DNA from: Tubulanus polymorphus
Lineage: Eukaryota; Animalia; Nemertea
Assembly (NCBI RefSeq): GCF_964204645.1
Contig: NC_134025.1
Span: forward strand, 23,912,299-23,976,298
Reading direction: 5' to 3'
DNA length: 64,000 nucleotides
The position numbers and the translations under genes were made by a program. Under the pieces are notes generated by a model. The model had not been told where the DNA came from and ran no database searches. It saw nothing but the letters and a program-made list of their open reading frames with translations. Below, one piece after another: positions 45,787 through 59,706 of this stretch. Numbering within the stretch: position 1 is the first letter of the stretch; each line of letters opens with the position of its first letter.

Positions 45787-48700
45787 CAACCACTCTCTCA
45801 AATCGTCGAAATTAACTAACATTTTATATCTAAAGCGAGGCGGATTCGGGAGTAAAATTCATTCAGGGGATTCACAAAATATAATTTGCTCAGATTCGCA
45901 TACATCGTTTGGGCAATTCATTTTACCGTTCCAAATTGAAAATTTCCTCTCCGTGCGGAAAAGCTCGATTAACTGCTGAATTCCCAAACGGTCGTCCTCT
46001 GATGTTTTCAGATTGTTTTATACCGTGTTTTTAGATACATTTGAAGTTGGGCGTTTTCGGTAATGAATTTTCGTTTTAACTGTATATATCGGCACATATA
46101 AAACATATTTATATACATGTATATATCTGTGCGCCCTACTTTTTGATATCAACTATATTCTTTATGTCGATAATCTTAATCCGTCACTCCTTTGTCTGTG
46201 AAGTCACAAGATAGGAGGCTAAACAAATAAGTATATGTGTAATACGTTTCTCATCGAAGCAAACCCGGCCAACTAGAGACATCTTATTATTTTTTCGTGT
46301 TGTCCGTCCTTTATAGAATGCGATGTATCCTATTTCATTATCCGTCTAATTATATTCTATTCATTTCTATTCCGACCATAAATTATAGATTTATATGATA
46401 TATATTTTGTTTTTATTCTGAAAATGAACTCTTCTGCTAGAATTTGCAGTTGATACTTAAACAATTGATCATACACAATTGTGATAGAAATTTCGTATCT
46501 GTCCGTTATCCGCGATCCAGTGTATCTAAGTAATTCCATCCAAACGTACTATATTTGAAAAAGTCCAGTATAGTTTTTTTTTCTTTGAAGAATGTATCAA
46601 TATCGTCCTTAAAATCTGTCCAAAATGAAAAAAAAACTAATCCGTCTAATGATTGCCTCAAAACGTAGCCTACAGTTATATTTGATTGAGATGTTTAGTG
46701 TTTTAGTTAAGAATTCTTATGTCTATACCTTGTAACTGTGAACGCTTCTATTCAACTCTCGTCTGTTTTGTCGTTCACTTGAAATTCCTTTCGAAGCCCT
46801 GAATACCGTTTTTATTAGTTGAAGCCTTATTGTCAGGCCTACTTTTCACTGTATTTGGCCAATTTTCTTTTCAGCAATGTATTATTCAACTTTGTAGTAG
46901 GTAGACATATGCCAGGCGAAATAACGTCTTACCCATTGTAAGACGTTAGAACTTGCGAAGTTTTCATTTGTTAGAAAACACATAATTTTATCTGGTGTCA
47001 AAAATATCATTTAAGATTATTGCACTTTTATTTATGGTTATATGAATATAATGTTATTATCACGTGGCTGTAGGTAGGTGTGTGTCTCTTTTACGTTGCT
47101 TTTTGAAATATATATATATTTTATGAATAAGAAATCAGCTCCTAATATGAAGCCGATACAATACGCTTCGAAAGCAATGCATAAAATTCCATTAATTTCC
47201 GATATAACGACGTGTATTCCACGGCTTGGGTGCTTTTTGTAAAAACGTTTAAGACTATCGAATGTCCTAGTAAACTATGTATATAAAACGTATAATCGGG
47301 TCTATCGTGCAGCCATGAATTTTTATGTAGTTTTATATTAGTAGGTATGTACGTATTTATACACGAAATCCGAAATACATCTATGTATATATACATGTAT
47401 TTTTGAGCAACTCTTTTATTGGACTAATCTATACATGAACGTGTTAAAATTGTATGTTTTTTAACGATACTTGAATTGTTTAGATACGTACAATGAGATA
47501 TGAAATGAAATAAATTGACGAAAAAAATTTTAATTTAACGTGATTGATTTGGCAATTTTTATGAATTAAACTATATCTACTAGTAAAGGCGTCAGTATAG
47601 GTTTTTTGTTTTCTTCCTCTATCTCCGTGATAATTAGGAACTTGTTTGTGCCGAGACTCAGCGAAAGTGCAGGAAATGTTTAAAATAAAAAGCATTCATA
47701 GCTAAGAAAAGGCCACCTTTTACCACAAAAGGCACTGGCCTACTCTGAACTGTACTCTATATCCGAATTAAGAGTATTTTCATATATTAGATATCCACTA
47801 TATACTTTCAATCATGAAATTCACGTACTTCTTGAGGTGTACATATCGATATTACATGATATAATAGATACTAAACAATTTACTAGTTACATACTATATC
47901 ATACAAATACTTAGACAGTGAATTCTACGCTGCATTTATTTTCAGGTTTCAGTATTTGGAAAGGATAATTTTTGTAAAGATTTTGAGATTTCTTCGTTTT
48001 AATTATAATCAAACAGTCGCGAGTTGTGGCAATTCCAAGTAACACATTAGTACATAAGCCGTATTGGTCATCGTGGTTTGTTATCAATAGTGTGCTAAAT
48101 CAACTTTCGGTTGACTCATATTCTTGAACATTTTGCTTTATAAATCGGGATTGTAAATTTGTATATTTAGAACAGTGTTATAAAGGAGTAGCACATATAT
48201 ATATTCAAATACATACGATAGGAAAAGTATGAAGGAAAGTGAAATATTGAAAGTAAAATGCCATCGATGTATGCAAACTGTATGAATAATCTTATAATGT
48301 TTATATATGAAATGATGATTCAATTAAAAATCTTGTTTGCATAAGACGATATTTTTCATCATTTTGGTTTTCTTTATCTCTGGTAAAGTTTTGGAAAATG
48401 GGGCGCCCAAAGTTCATGAGCGATGCAGACAATCCCCATCCATCCCCGGCCTCCAAGTTTGTATACATATACGTGCACTGCTTGTACTTGAGAATAGAAA
48501 TTTTGACAAGATTCTCAGATCCGCATTTGCTCTTGGTTGCATTAAGCTCACTTATTGCTTCACTTATTAGAGACATTCTTTCAAATCCGCTAGAGGGAAT
48601 GTGTATTAGACAGCATATAGTAAATTCCCAAAATCCCCCGAAATTGAGATAAACAGCTCATAAAGTGTATCAATGAAATCGAAACCTGTTCAAATTGAAT

Positions 48701-48885
48701 CGGTCACAAGTTATTTGACTATTGCTGATAGAGAAACGACTGTATTCTACCTATTTTAAGTACTCGCGGTAGGATCATACTTGTTCGACAGTCGTTGTAT
48801 AATAGTAGCGGCACATTTTCAGCGGTATGTCGACGGATATTTCGTATCTATTCAATAGCATAGTATTTAATGGAATGAAGTTATG

Positions 48886-50080
48886 AACAAGAAAATTAAT
48901 TTTAGAAAATTATTTGACGCCTGCGAAAAAAATGTAGAATTTCTGGGCTAAGCTAATGTGGAATTGCAAATTTGAAATCGAAGTTTAAAGAAATTTGGGG
49001 AATGATGAGATTTTGCGATTGGGTAGATGATACAGGTCTTCGACTCTAGTAGTGGTTTAAATTTTTTTATTGAAAATTCGTCAATAATTGATCGCGAACT
49101 TGCGACCGACTTCATTTACTTATGCCTCTAAGCTGGTCTGCAACTTCATTGCCTCCATGGTTGAAGAAAGAGCTCTTCTGATGTCTGCTTCATCATGACT
49201 TCGAGCATATCGTGTGGCCTAGCCAGCCGGCCCGGTCCCCGGGCCCGGGCCACGGGTTTGGCTGTCACTCGATATCCTAGAGTCTTGAGTCTGGGTGGGT
49301 TGAAGTAGACATTGTCATTTAAAATAACATGCTATGTTGTTCTGTATGAATTACCCGTGTGTCATGTATGTTGTATTAATTTATTTTAAAATTTGTATTT
49401 ATTGAATTGGGAATTTTATCCCGGAATTTCAATGTAATAAGGATCAATAAAGAATTGAATTGAATTGTCACCTAATACACATGCCATCAGAGGACGCGGA
49501 GCCGTATATGACAGCTATGCTATTATAAATTGCTAATCTCACGAAACCTGCATACTCCTAATATCAAACATATTTTCTAAAACGTTTGAATATTGAAATT
49601 ATATGTTTACACATTTTCATATTTACCGCTTGTTGCCGCTGATGAAATTCACGCCGGCCCTACACACATCGTAGATAGCTTCGTCATTCCACCGGCATGC
49701 CAACGTTAGGGTCTGACTTTTATATCAGACTTCCAAATCGTGTATACATCCGCCATTTAACCGAATAATCCGATTTACTTATCATTTCTATTTATGCCTG
49801 CCGTTTCTGATATAATCATACATCCTTTACTATTACAATACGTCTTCTAACGATATTCAATGCAATATAACATTTCGACGTTCAAATATAGGTCATTATA
49901 TAATCACAGGAAGCCATTCTACATCTATGTCAATAATATTTTGCCAGATAGCTTGTTTGCGTACACATAGACCTGTGACGTTTAGCACATCGATTTACGG
50001 CTGTCGTTTGTAAAATGACGCTGAATGGTTAACATTGTTTAGGTTTCATAATGGTAACGTTTTATAAGGCGTCAAAAAAA
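48886..50080 (-). mobile_element. Inverted second copy of the internal 1.2 kb (about 5900-7085) of the LTN1-intron transposon
   Basis: Long colinear reverse-complement match with scattered substitutions and small indels. It lacks the GGACAATTGCCCCC termini. Confidence 0.92.
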
Positions 50081-50220
50081 TATAATAACATGATATAGTT
50101 GCGTGATCGACGGTCAAATTTACAGACGTTTTATTGAAATCGAAATACTTAATTGGAACAATATAGGGCATCGATCCTCATCCGTGGGCGTTCGAAGTCT
50201 TGTCGTTAGTTTTGTTCAAC

Positions 50221-53200
50221 CTATTCGACAATTGACCAGGGCTTCCGACCTTCATCTCGCTGTTCAAACTACGAAGCACATATCAAACAAATCATAGGCA
50301 TGCAATGATAGGAATTAGAAAGATTTCGATTTTCCTGAAAAGTTGAAACGTACCGGTTTGGTGAATTGATCAGTGCATGCAAGACGGACTTTCTCAGCTG
50401 TAGCCGGGCAATCCAAACGAAAATATCCAGATAAACCAGCATCAGATCTCGCACTTAGAATGGCCTTTTTAGAAGCACAGTATACACATACAGCAAGTAA
50501 CATTGGTGGTTCTCCAACGCCCTAAAATACCAAACAAAGAGAACACCTAGATCACATTATTTTAACCAACTAACGATTGAATAGAAACTCAACCCACGTA
50601 ATCGTAAAAACCCCCGATTCAATACCTTTGAGGAATAAATGGCCCTCGGATTTCTGGATCCTTTCAGAATTGTTACGTTATATTCGTTGGGTAGGTTTTT
50701 GAATCGAGGAAGATTGTAAGATGCAGGACCAGTTGTAAGAACTTCTCCATTAGGTGATACATTCACTTCTTCTGTCATGTAAAATCCATAACCCTAAAAA
50801 ACAAATCTAATATTGTTTATTCTATACATCTTATATACTCGGTATACAATGATATTATGGTATTATAGGACCTGCATAAAGGCACCATCAATCTGACCAA
50901 TGTCAATGCCTGGGTTGAGACTAGCTCCAACATCAATAACAATGTCTGTTTTCAACACCTGTAAAAGCCAAGGTACATACAACTAATAGTTTCCAACATC
51001 TACGCTTAATTACTGGACATTTTTTATCTAAACCTATTTAGTAAATGGCTTTTCTCGGGTAAGAATTTCGTGTACCTTGTGTTCACCAGTCAAACAATCT
51101 ATTTCAACCATCGAGCATGCAGCGCCGTAAGTGAAGTAATCACAATGGCGTCCAACTCCTTTCTCCCAATCAAAATACACATCATCAACGCTGAGAGAAA
51201 ATTAATATAAAGGATATCGCATTCTGAAACACATCTATTCATTCTAAAAACAGTAATATGAATATTTGTGATTTACCTGTGATAACCAGTTGCAGACAGA
51301 TAAACATTTTCAAGCCAAGCACTAAGGACCCATCCGTCCCATCCTGCATCAGGTTTACTCTCTTTGAATGGTTTCAGTCTATCCATTATAGTTTCACAAG
51401 CATTCTATTTAAGACAATAGAAAATAATAATCAATTCTACACAAGGTTCTACACAATGCCTAAAACTCAGAAATTCAACTCCAAAATTGGATAGAAGGTA
51501 TACCTTGGTAGCCATTGCAATATAATCTGAACAGATACTAGCAGAGGAACAAATACTGTTTGGAATCTTGTCTGTGCTTACGTCCGTGATGTGAATTTTG
51601 TCCACTGATATCCCTAAAACACGACTAGCAACCTGTGAATACAAACAAGTGGACAGGAAAAGAATAACCCTTCAACTATCTGGACATATCTATTCAGAAA
51701 TGGGATATTGGTCCTGGGAAATCGAGGGAATATTTATATGATGCTGGTACCTGTATTGCCTTCGTGTGGACACCCTGTCCCATTTCTACTCCACCATGAG
51801 TCAACAGAACAGATCCATCTAGGTAAACATGTACCAATGCTGCAGCCTAAAACCTCAGAACAATGAATTGTCTGCCAATACTTATGCATGACATCGATAT
51901 TCATCTATGTGATGTATAGATATCTTTAATCCTTATATTCAGGAAAATTTACGATTTTGTTTTTCATTGTAATCTACAAACCTGGCTAAGAAATTTTTCA
52001 CTAAATCCATTTCCGTTCTTAGTTGGTACCACGGCAACTCCTCTTTTCTTCCATCTATTTTGACTTCAAATGCAAATGTATATTACGATATATTACAAAC
52101 ACCTAATCGTACCGCAAATATTTATACATAGAAAATAAAATATATATGGATATCATTTGAAAGCTCAAAATAAGCAAGACATGAAATCGTATTGGTTGAC
52201 AATGATAAGTGGAACAATGAGCTCATTTGATTCCAACCACTTAAATCAGTATAGGTCACTACCTATTGAAACGTTCTACTTCTTTCTGTAAATCTTTGTA
52301 TTTGCTTTGTTCCACAACATCTTTCCAACATCGATGCAACACTTTCCCATCTACTTCCATACCAAAGCAATCTGGGGCAACTTCTTTGTAAAGATTTATT
52401 TCCCGTATCTATAAAATATAGTTCTAGTTCTGAAGATGAATGATCAACGCTTATAATGAAAACAAACCAAAAACATCGATTAGTGAATTTTTACCTGTTC
52501 TGGTGTCATATCAAGAATGGAACTCATCTGCTCGATCCAACTCTCAGTAATAACGGCCGATTGTAGTCGACCAAATCCTCTGAATCCTGTGTTAGATGCC
52601 AGATTTGTGCGACAAATTAGACCTTTTAGACGCATATTGATTGGCAAAATATAGCAATGATCTACATCTTGAATAGCGCATTCCATAACCTTAAAGAAAA
52701 TGGCGCAATGGCATCAATTAAGATTTCTTCAAAATAAGGTCTACCGTCGATGTCGGAATGTGATGATTAGGTACTCGCCTGATTCGAAACATCGAGGGAA
52801 TGACCACCATTACAGTACAATAAAAGATCCAAAGCTTGAATCTTTCCCTCTTTTGTGAATGCCACCTTAAAGTAAAATACATTTTGGTAACAATATCTAC
52901 TAAACCAAAATCTTCTATGTCTAGTCCAGTCAACAAGTTCATAATTGTATTTTTACAACACTGCGCAGTCAGTACCTTATACTTTCCTAAAAACGGATGA
53001 CGTCTGCCAGTAATTCTTAAATCTTCAACTCTTTCCAGCGAACTGCGCACAGGACATTGTAATCTGTTGAAATTGAGTAGAAATTACATTGGTTAAAAAG
53101 CGTTTTCAAAGCTAAAGCGAATATATGTGGAAGCTAAACCTACTTATTAGCTGCAATCGCTGCAGTTAAACAAACAAGCGCATCTCTCGATTGCTTGCCT

Positions 53201-56200
53201 CCAAAACCTCCGCCTGAAAATTCAAAATTCAATTTCATTTCTTAAAAGAGATGCTTGATTCACAAAACCTTTTCTATGTGTACATACATACCTATTCGTT
53301 TGTGTTTCACAACAACTTTGTTTGATACCAAACCCAAAGCACGACACACATCAGTCTGAAGCGGTAAAAAAAGTGTACACAATACGCGGGTTAAAATACT
53401 ATCAATAGAATCCCGCAATATTAAACGAAAAAGTCCGAAATCTGCTCAATTTTGAATTTTTACGTTTCGACTGGTCACTTCCAGCCATCGTCAGGTGGAA
53501 TGTATGTTTTCTCATTTAATAATAAATAATAAATAATAAATTTATTCCACAATAAAATTGCAACATGTCATAAAGAGATATACAAATATGAAATGTTTTA
53601 ATATAATGTGGAGGAGATTAGATGAAGCCAATGAAGGCTTATAAAATCTCTAATCCCCTAGCATACACCGATTCACTCAACTCATACACACATGCAGTCA
53701 TACACCTTCACCCAACATGCACCCACACACGCATAGTCACTCAGGCGGTCAATCACACTATCTTTCATTCACTCTTACAATCTCATTTCATTTATTTTAG
53801 CAGATTTCGGAATTACGTTTTATTGTGAGATTCTTGCAATCACTAACATTTCGAGTCCACGATCAGACGTAAGCCGTTTTTTTCGAGCGAATACCTGTAT
53901 ACGGCATAAATCTTGAGTTGTCGTATAGATAATCATTTCATCGTTTTCTTTCACTGGCACAGCAACTGTGGCATTCGTTTCCATGTAGAAATGTTCTTGA
54001 CTACCAGTGTGAAGTTCTCCTTCAACAATATAATCTGCAATGGTGAATGCTGCATCAACGTCACCCTTGTCCACTTTGTAAACTGGTTTGAAGAAAGACT
54101 TGTTTTCGATAGCCTCCTTATGTACAGAAAAGAAGTTTGAAATACGCTTTAAGATATATACATGTAATTTCAATATACCAATTCACGAGTGATTACCTCA
54201 ATTGTAACGATTGGTTTTAGCACTTCAAATTCCACGTTTACCAACGCAGCAGCTTTTCGTGCAATATCCCTGTTTTCAGCCGCTATTGCACCAATTATCT
54301 GACCACAACAAGTTACAAACTTCGTAGCAAATAGTTCCTCATCTTTGACAACAGGGCCGAAATAATTTGATGCAGGTACATCGTTGTGATCAATGTATGA
54401 AACTACACCATCAACATTGAGTGCCTCAGACGGATCTACACTGAGTATTTGTGCATGGGCATGTTTACTATACACATAAGCAATGAATAATTCGTCTGGA
54501 GATCAAAATTAATATAATATTTTGAATACAAAGAATTTTCGATAGGTTTCTACGCCAGAATTAGAGAATTTACAGAAATTGCACTTACTTCTGTATGAAG
54601 GAATATCATCAACATATAACGTCTCCCCAGTTGCATGGCAAGGATTCATGATCTGTGGCAGAGGTTTTCCAATCGTATCATGCGCTGACCCATCGACTTT
54701 TTCAAATATTTGACTTGCTTTCAACGGTTCACGCTGAAGTTCGCGTACAGCAGCTGACGAACTTAAATCCTATGGAACATCAGATAGTAATGTAATCAGT
54801 TCCATCGTTATTTGCATTTGGATTGATTTTTACATCATTTAGTTTCAATGATTGCTAAAGAGATCGCGCAAGATTCTCTTACTGTCATCAATCATAATTT
54901 GACCATTTACCTACCACGTTCTCATTACTTTTCATCTGTATTGATAGATAGAATTTAAAGAAGAATCCGAGTACAAGTGAACGACGATATTGAACTGCTC
55001 CACCAGTATTATCTGTACATGGTTTAATCTCATCAGTCAAGATTTTACTCAAACTCGACACAACAGAGTCACACAACTTCCTGAAATCAAAGTATCAAGA
55101 AAAGACGTTGATGAAAACAAAGAATATCTTATCAAACCCTTTATTCATTATTTATATCTATCCTATCAACTTTTCAGTAAATTTGCTCACGAATACGAGA
55201 AAAAAACAGGATAAATCTGATATGATGAAAATCTATGGTTAGACTTACTTTCCTACGGCTTCTTTCATAGTTTCACTGGCCAATTTGATCCTTCCATCTA
55301 AACCACTAGATATTATACAGAGTTCCTGAATAATACTGGTATTTTTCTCCACAGCCATGCGAAAAACGGATGTAACTTGGACAGAATTTGAGGTGTAGAC
55401 TTCAAGAAACTCATTCTGAAAAAATAAAAAGTGCTATATTACTGGAATGTTACTAACGCGTAGATATTTTCGCAATGAATATTCTATTTCATTCTGCAAC
55501 ACAATTTAATCATCTTCCTTTACCTCATTTCCATGTGGGATGAATATCGATTTGATAATTTCGGTTGGTCTCAGTACAGAGTATTCTTTTGAGAATATTT
55601 TCTCGTCCAATGAAACCTGCCTCATTCCCTCTATTCCCATGCAAATGCGAATAGATTTCCATGCAAATGCGAATAGATAAAAGTATTTCAAATATAATAT
55701 CATGAAGGTAAAAACTTCTAATATTCTCTACCACGCCCATACCTGATGAGACAGCTGTCAATGTACTGCCACATGCCACAAGAATAGGAATCAATTCCGA
55801 TTTATTTCTACATGAGATTATGTGACCACCAATAGTCTATGAAAATAAATTAACGGGACATGATGTTGAAAAAAAACTGCACCATCGATAATGACCAAAC
55901 AAGGTCATTTTGCAACAGAACAGTGTATGCATTCACCGGTCATATTAAAATGGACGAGCTACTCACGGCGACATTTCTTAATTGTAGACTTAGTGACCCG
56001 AGTATCTTCTTTACAGCAATACATGACTGTCTTCCCTCTTGAATATAATCAGCGAGGCCATTAGGAAACCAATTATTGGATTAACATAACTTATTCCAGA
56101 AGTCCAGATAATACAGGCTATAATGTAAGATACCTTGAGTTTTCTCAATTGAGGATGAAAGTGCTGTAGAAAGCATTCCCAATGAACACGCCGCCCCGAT

Positions 56201-58412
56201 GTGTATACCACCATCAGCAAACATAAATTCACAAAGATCTCGAATATGTGATACGGATACAAGTTGAACAATCGACTTATCGGGGTAGATCTTATTCTTC
56301 CCTAGAAAATGTACAAGTCCAATGTTTCTGAGACATTCTGCGAAATATTGAAATTGTAGAATATGGCTGCATTGTGCATTACAAAAACATACTGATATAA
56401 AGTCCTCCTCCAATGACTGAAGCATACGGAAACATGTCTTTGATTTTGAAGAGTTCACTCAGTGATGTTGGCCTGTACCAGTCAATCCGTTTTCCTTTAC
56501 AGTGAAAAATATTTCGATCAAGAATATCAGATAACTGTAAAGAATGACGAGGAAACACCTTATAATATGTCATATCAAATTCAGGTTTAATCAATACCGG
56601 ATTAAACAGGGCCTTTTGTGCTTTTTATTCCAATACGCAATAAAGACATCTGAATCTACATTTTTTCTTATGGCCGAATTTCAAATATTTGAACATGAGA
56701 CCACTCACTGTACCTGCAGCTCATTTGGAAATATTGGTTCTTGTTCTGGACTATAATTTTGCAGTGTTCCCTCTATTAGATTAGTTGCCATCTGAAATGA
56801 ATGGTGCTAATCGAATCAGTTTCTTGTATCTTGTATCTTGTATGGATTAGTTTTCTTCATCGATATAACTACTTTGTGTCAACATAACAAATTAATTTGT
56901 ATTCAAAGGCTGCTTACATCATCAGCCTGGTCTACAGTGTTGTTTTTACAGCACTGGTCACCCATTCCACAGTCGAAATCCTAGAAAAATATGTGTGATG
57001 ATAATTTCAGAAAATGTTTGAAATACACAGAAAAATGTAATTCAATTCTTCGCGCAATTCCAAAAAATTCTCACCTTATCAGCAAAAGTAACAAATGCTT
57101 GGTAGATTGGTCTGTATCCAGTACAACGACACAGATTTCCTTGCATTGCATTTTCTATCTCAGAGATGGAAGGATTTGGATTATTCCTGAGTAATGCATA
57201 CATTGACATAACCATACCAGGAGTACAGAATCCACATTGACTGCCATGGTATTTGGCTATTCGTTCCTGCAGCAAAGATAGATAATAGCAACTAATCAAC
57301 TACCGTGTGAGCCCATACATTATGAAATCTCGAGTCAAGACAGAACCTGTATTGGGTGAAGTTTTTTACGGTTACCGACACCTTCCACTGTAGTTACTGT
57401 CATACCATGCACCGAACCAATGAAAACTACACATGCTGGAACGGCAGAATGCCTGGATTTATAATAAGGAATCAAATCATTTTAACCTTCGTTTAAATGA
57501 AATTATAACATTAGATTCGTGGCCTCAATCTGATCCATGTATTTCTACATAGATGTTACTCTACAAAACTTCACAAAAAAGATACACAATTTTCTTTTGA
57601 TGTCGATCATATCTAGATACCATCACAGTACAGGCACCACATCCTGCTTGGCCACAAGCGAGTTTTGTCCCGGTCAGTAATACTGGATTTTATGGTATAA
57701 TCAAGGAGAAATAGCTAGAGAAATCACGTTTGCTGCTTGAGCAATCTACCTCTCTAATTAATGTCTGGATGGGCGAGTAATGCATTTGTCAAGGAACTTG
57801 GAATTCCAATCCTGCACAGAAGATTGTGGTATCCGCTTCCTGTTATTTTTGTGCCTCTTTTTACACATGCATGGTGCCGTACCACTTGATTTTATTCCCT
57901 GGTAGACATAATGTGGCATATAAATGCTTTATAAAATCATCAGAAAAAGTCCCTAAACTATGACAATTCTATTTCTTCCCTCTTCGTACGTACATGACTC
58001 AACCTACAAATGATCAGACTATTCTTTGAAAATGCTAATAATTGATTTAATCGCGGATTTCCAATTGCTGATTAACTACATTGTGCAATAGTGGTGTGAA
58101 AAAACTGTTTTTTCCTGACTAAAATGAAATGCAATGACGTTGAAATTATATACGATGGGATACGATGTTGTCTATAATGTTACTTCAGCTTTTAGAAAGG
58201 ATACGCCTATTTCTCAGGTACTGCAACAATGTCCATTCAGGATCAACATCATTATCTGTTATCTGTGGATATATTGCAATTCATGATTAATTACAAATGT
58301 CATTTATATTATCTTCATCTTTTGGCGTATTTCGATTTCATCTATTCGCTATCAATACCTTTTTGCCGTTGACGAAAAACGTCAATACCTGGGTAGCATA
58401 AAGCGCAGCCAT
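50221..58412 (-). CDS. Xanthine dehydrogenase/aldehyde oxidase-like, copy 2, multi-exon, apparently complete
   Basis: [18 protein letters not shown]; the same Fe-S motifs as copy 1; GSQEHFYME; [10 protein letters not shown]; NTGFRGFG; HGGVEMGQG; SKGVGEPP; ends [15 protein letters not shown]. Confidence 0.93.
53461..53500 (-). ncRNA. Hammerhead-ribozyme-like core of the Penelope retroelement type, probably degenerate
   Basis: The minus strand reads CUGACGA-U-GGCUGG-AAGUGA-CCAGUC-GAAAC-GUA: both conserved boxes around a 6-bp stem II. No closing stem I is visible. Confidence 0.55.
53518..53800 (-). mobile_element. Probable LINE/SINE 3' tail fragment in an expanded intron of copy 2
   Basis: The minus strand has an ATAAGCC..GGCTTC..CTCCTCCAC stem-loop-like segment, then AATAAA and a (TTATTAT)n-like tail. 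The intron is about 540 bp versus about 85-125 bp in the paralogs. Confidence 0.5.
57453..58204 (-). other. Two U12-type introns in copy 2, 58204-57683 and 57585-57453
   Basis: Donors GTATCCTTT and GTATCTTTT, branch-like TCCTTGAT and TTCCTTAT, at the same positions as in copy 1. Confidence 0.8.
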
Positions 58413-59706
58413 CCTTTTGTGACTTCCGATTTCTACAATTACGGTGAAACTTTTGTTACCGGTATATTTTTCGAGTATTTACGTGTATTTAACTATTGTC
58501 ATACAGGGGAATAGATATTTAATGGTCGATAATTTGATATACAATTACTTTTCTTATCCCATATAGTCTTAACGTATTTCACCTTACCTATAAGCCATGA
58601 ACTATTAGCTATATACGTCCGTGCCTGAGCCAAATAATTTTATATCAATTATGTAATTAGAGAATAGTCTTTCGATATAAGTAAATACGTAAAGTTACAT
58701 AAAATCTAGGTCTACTCACCACTAAATGTAAAAACCGTAATCACCGTTTTGTTCAGAGAATCCCAAACTAATTCCGCACAGCAGTTACGTAGAATATAAA
58801 TGTAATCCTGTCAAATTTTGAATGTAACTAAGGCTAAAAAAATGTATACCTTGTTTCTCATTTCTGCTGAGCTTAAAGGATAATCCGGTCGGCTGCCTAT
58901 CTACCTTGCACATCACTTTTCTTTAAACATGATCAAACTTACAATAACAGACCCGGCAGCTGTAGAAATAAACAGATAACAAATTGTTTTGCAGTTCACG
59001 TTAGTGACGCGGCCGATTAGGAGAAACAAGACGTAATACATTTTAGTTAAAAACGTCCACTATCAACGTCATTTGCATAATCCGGCATGTTCAACACATA
59101 TGGCGCGATGAGCTAAAGTGATGTTTCAAAAATACGTAATACGAAATATATTTCAAAGTTAGTTCGTTTTTCGTTGTTTCTTTGTGACTGAGGATTGTTA
59201 AAAGGGCCCTAAAATCTCCTAAAAGCGTAGGTGGCTGGATCTTTGATACTAGCGGACCTGTTGCAAAGTCAAACACAGTAATAACATATTCGTGACATTC
59301 GAGTCCCGGAGAAACACTGGATTTGTCAGGCGAACTTCTGCATCAAAACCATTGAACGTGTCTTCCGTCTTTTGGATAGTTTCTGATAAGTGGGAATAAT
59401 CAGTGAAATTTGCATTTGGAGATTGTTACTCTGATTTTTCGTCATCTGGAACATAAAGCTTTCCTCAGCTCGAAATAGTTAATAAACTGAACACTAAAAG
59501 AAAAAGATCACTTTATAATCATTTGAAATATTTATTTTACATGACACGTATGAATAACACGTGGTGCATAAAATATGATTCATCCATGTATACATGTATA
59601 TATATATTATCTGCTTATACTCTAAATAATTCATTCTTATTAAGGTCAACCAAAGCATGCAACACACTAATGCAATTTGTTGCAACGTTCACCAATTTTG
59701 ACATTT

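Noticed and set aside
5900-50080. Inversion mediated by the two inverted 1.2-kb repeats as the cause of the XDH orientation difference
   Set aside because: One breakpoint would split LTN1, yet LTN1 exons on both sides of the repeat are colinear and in frame.
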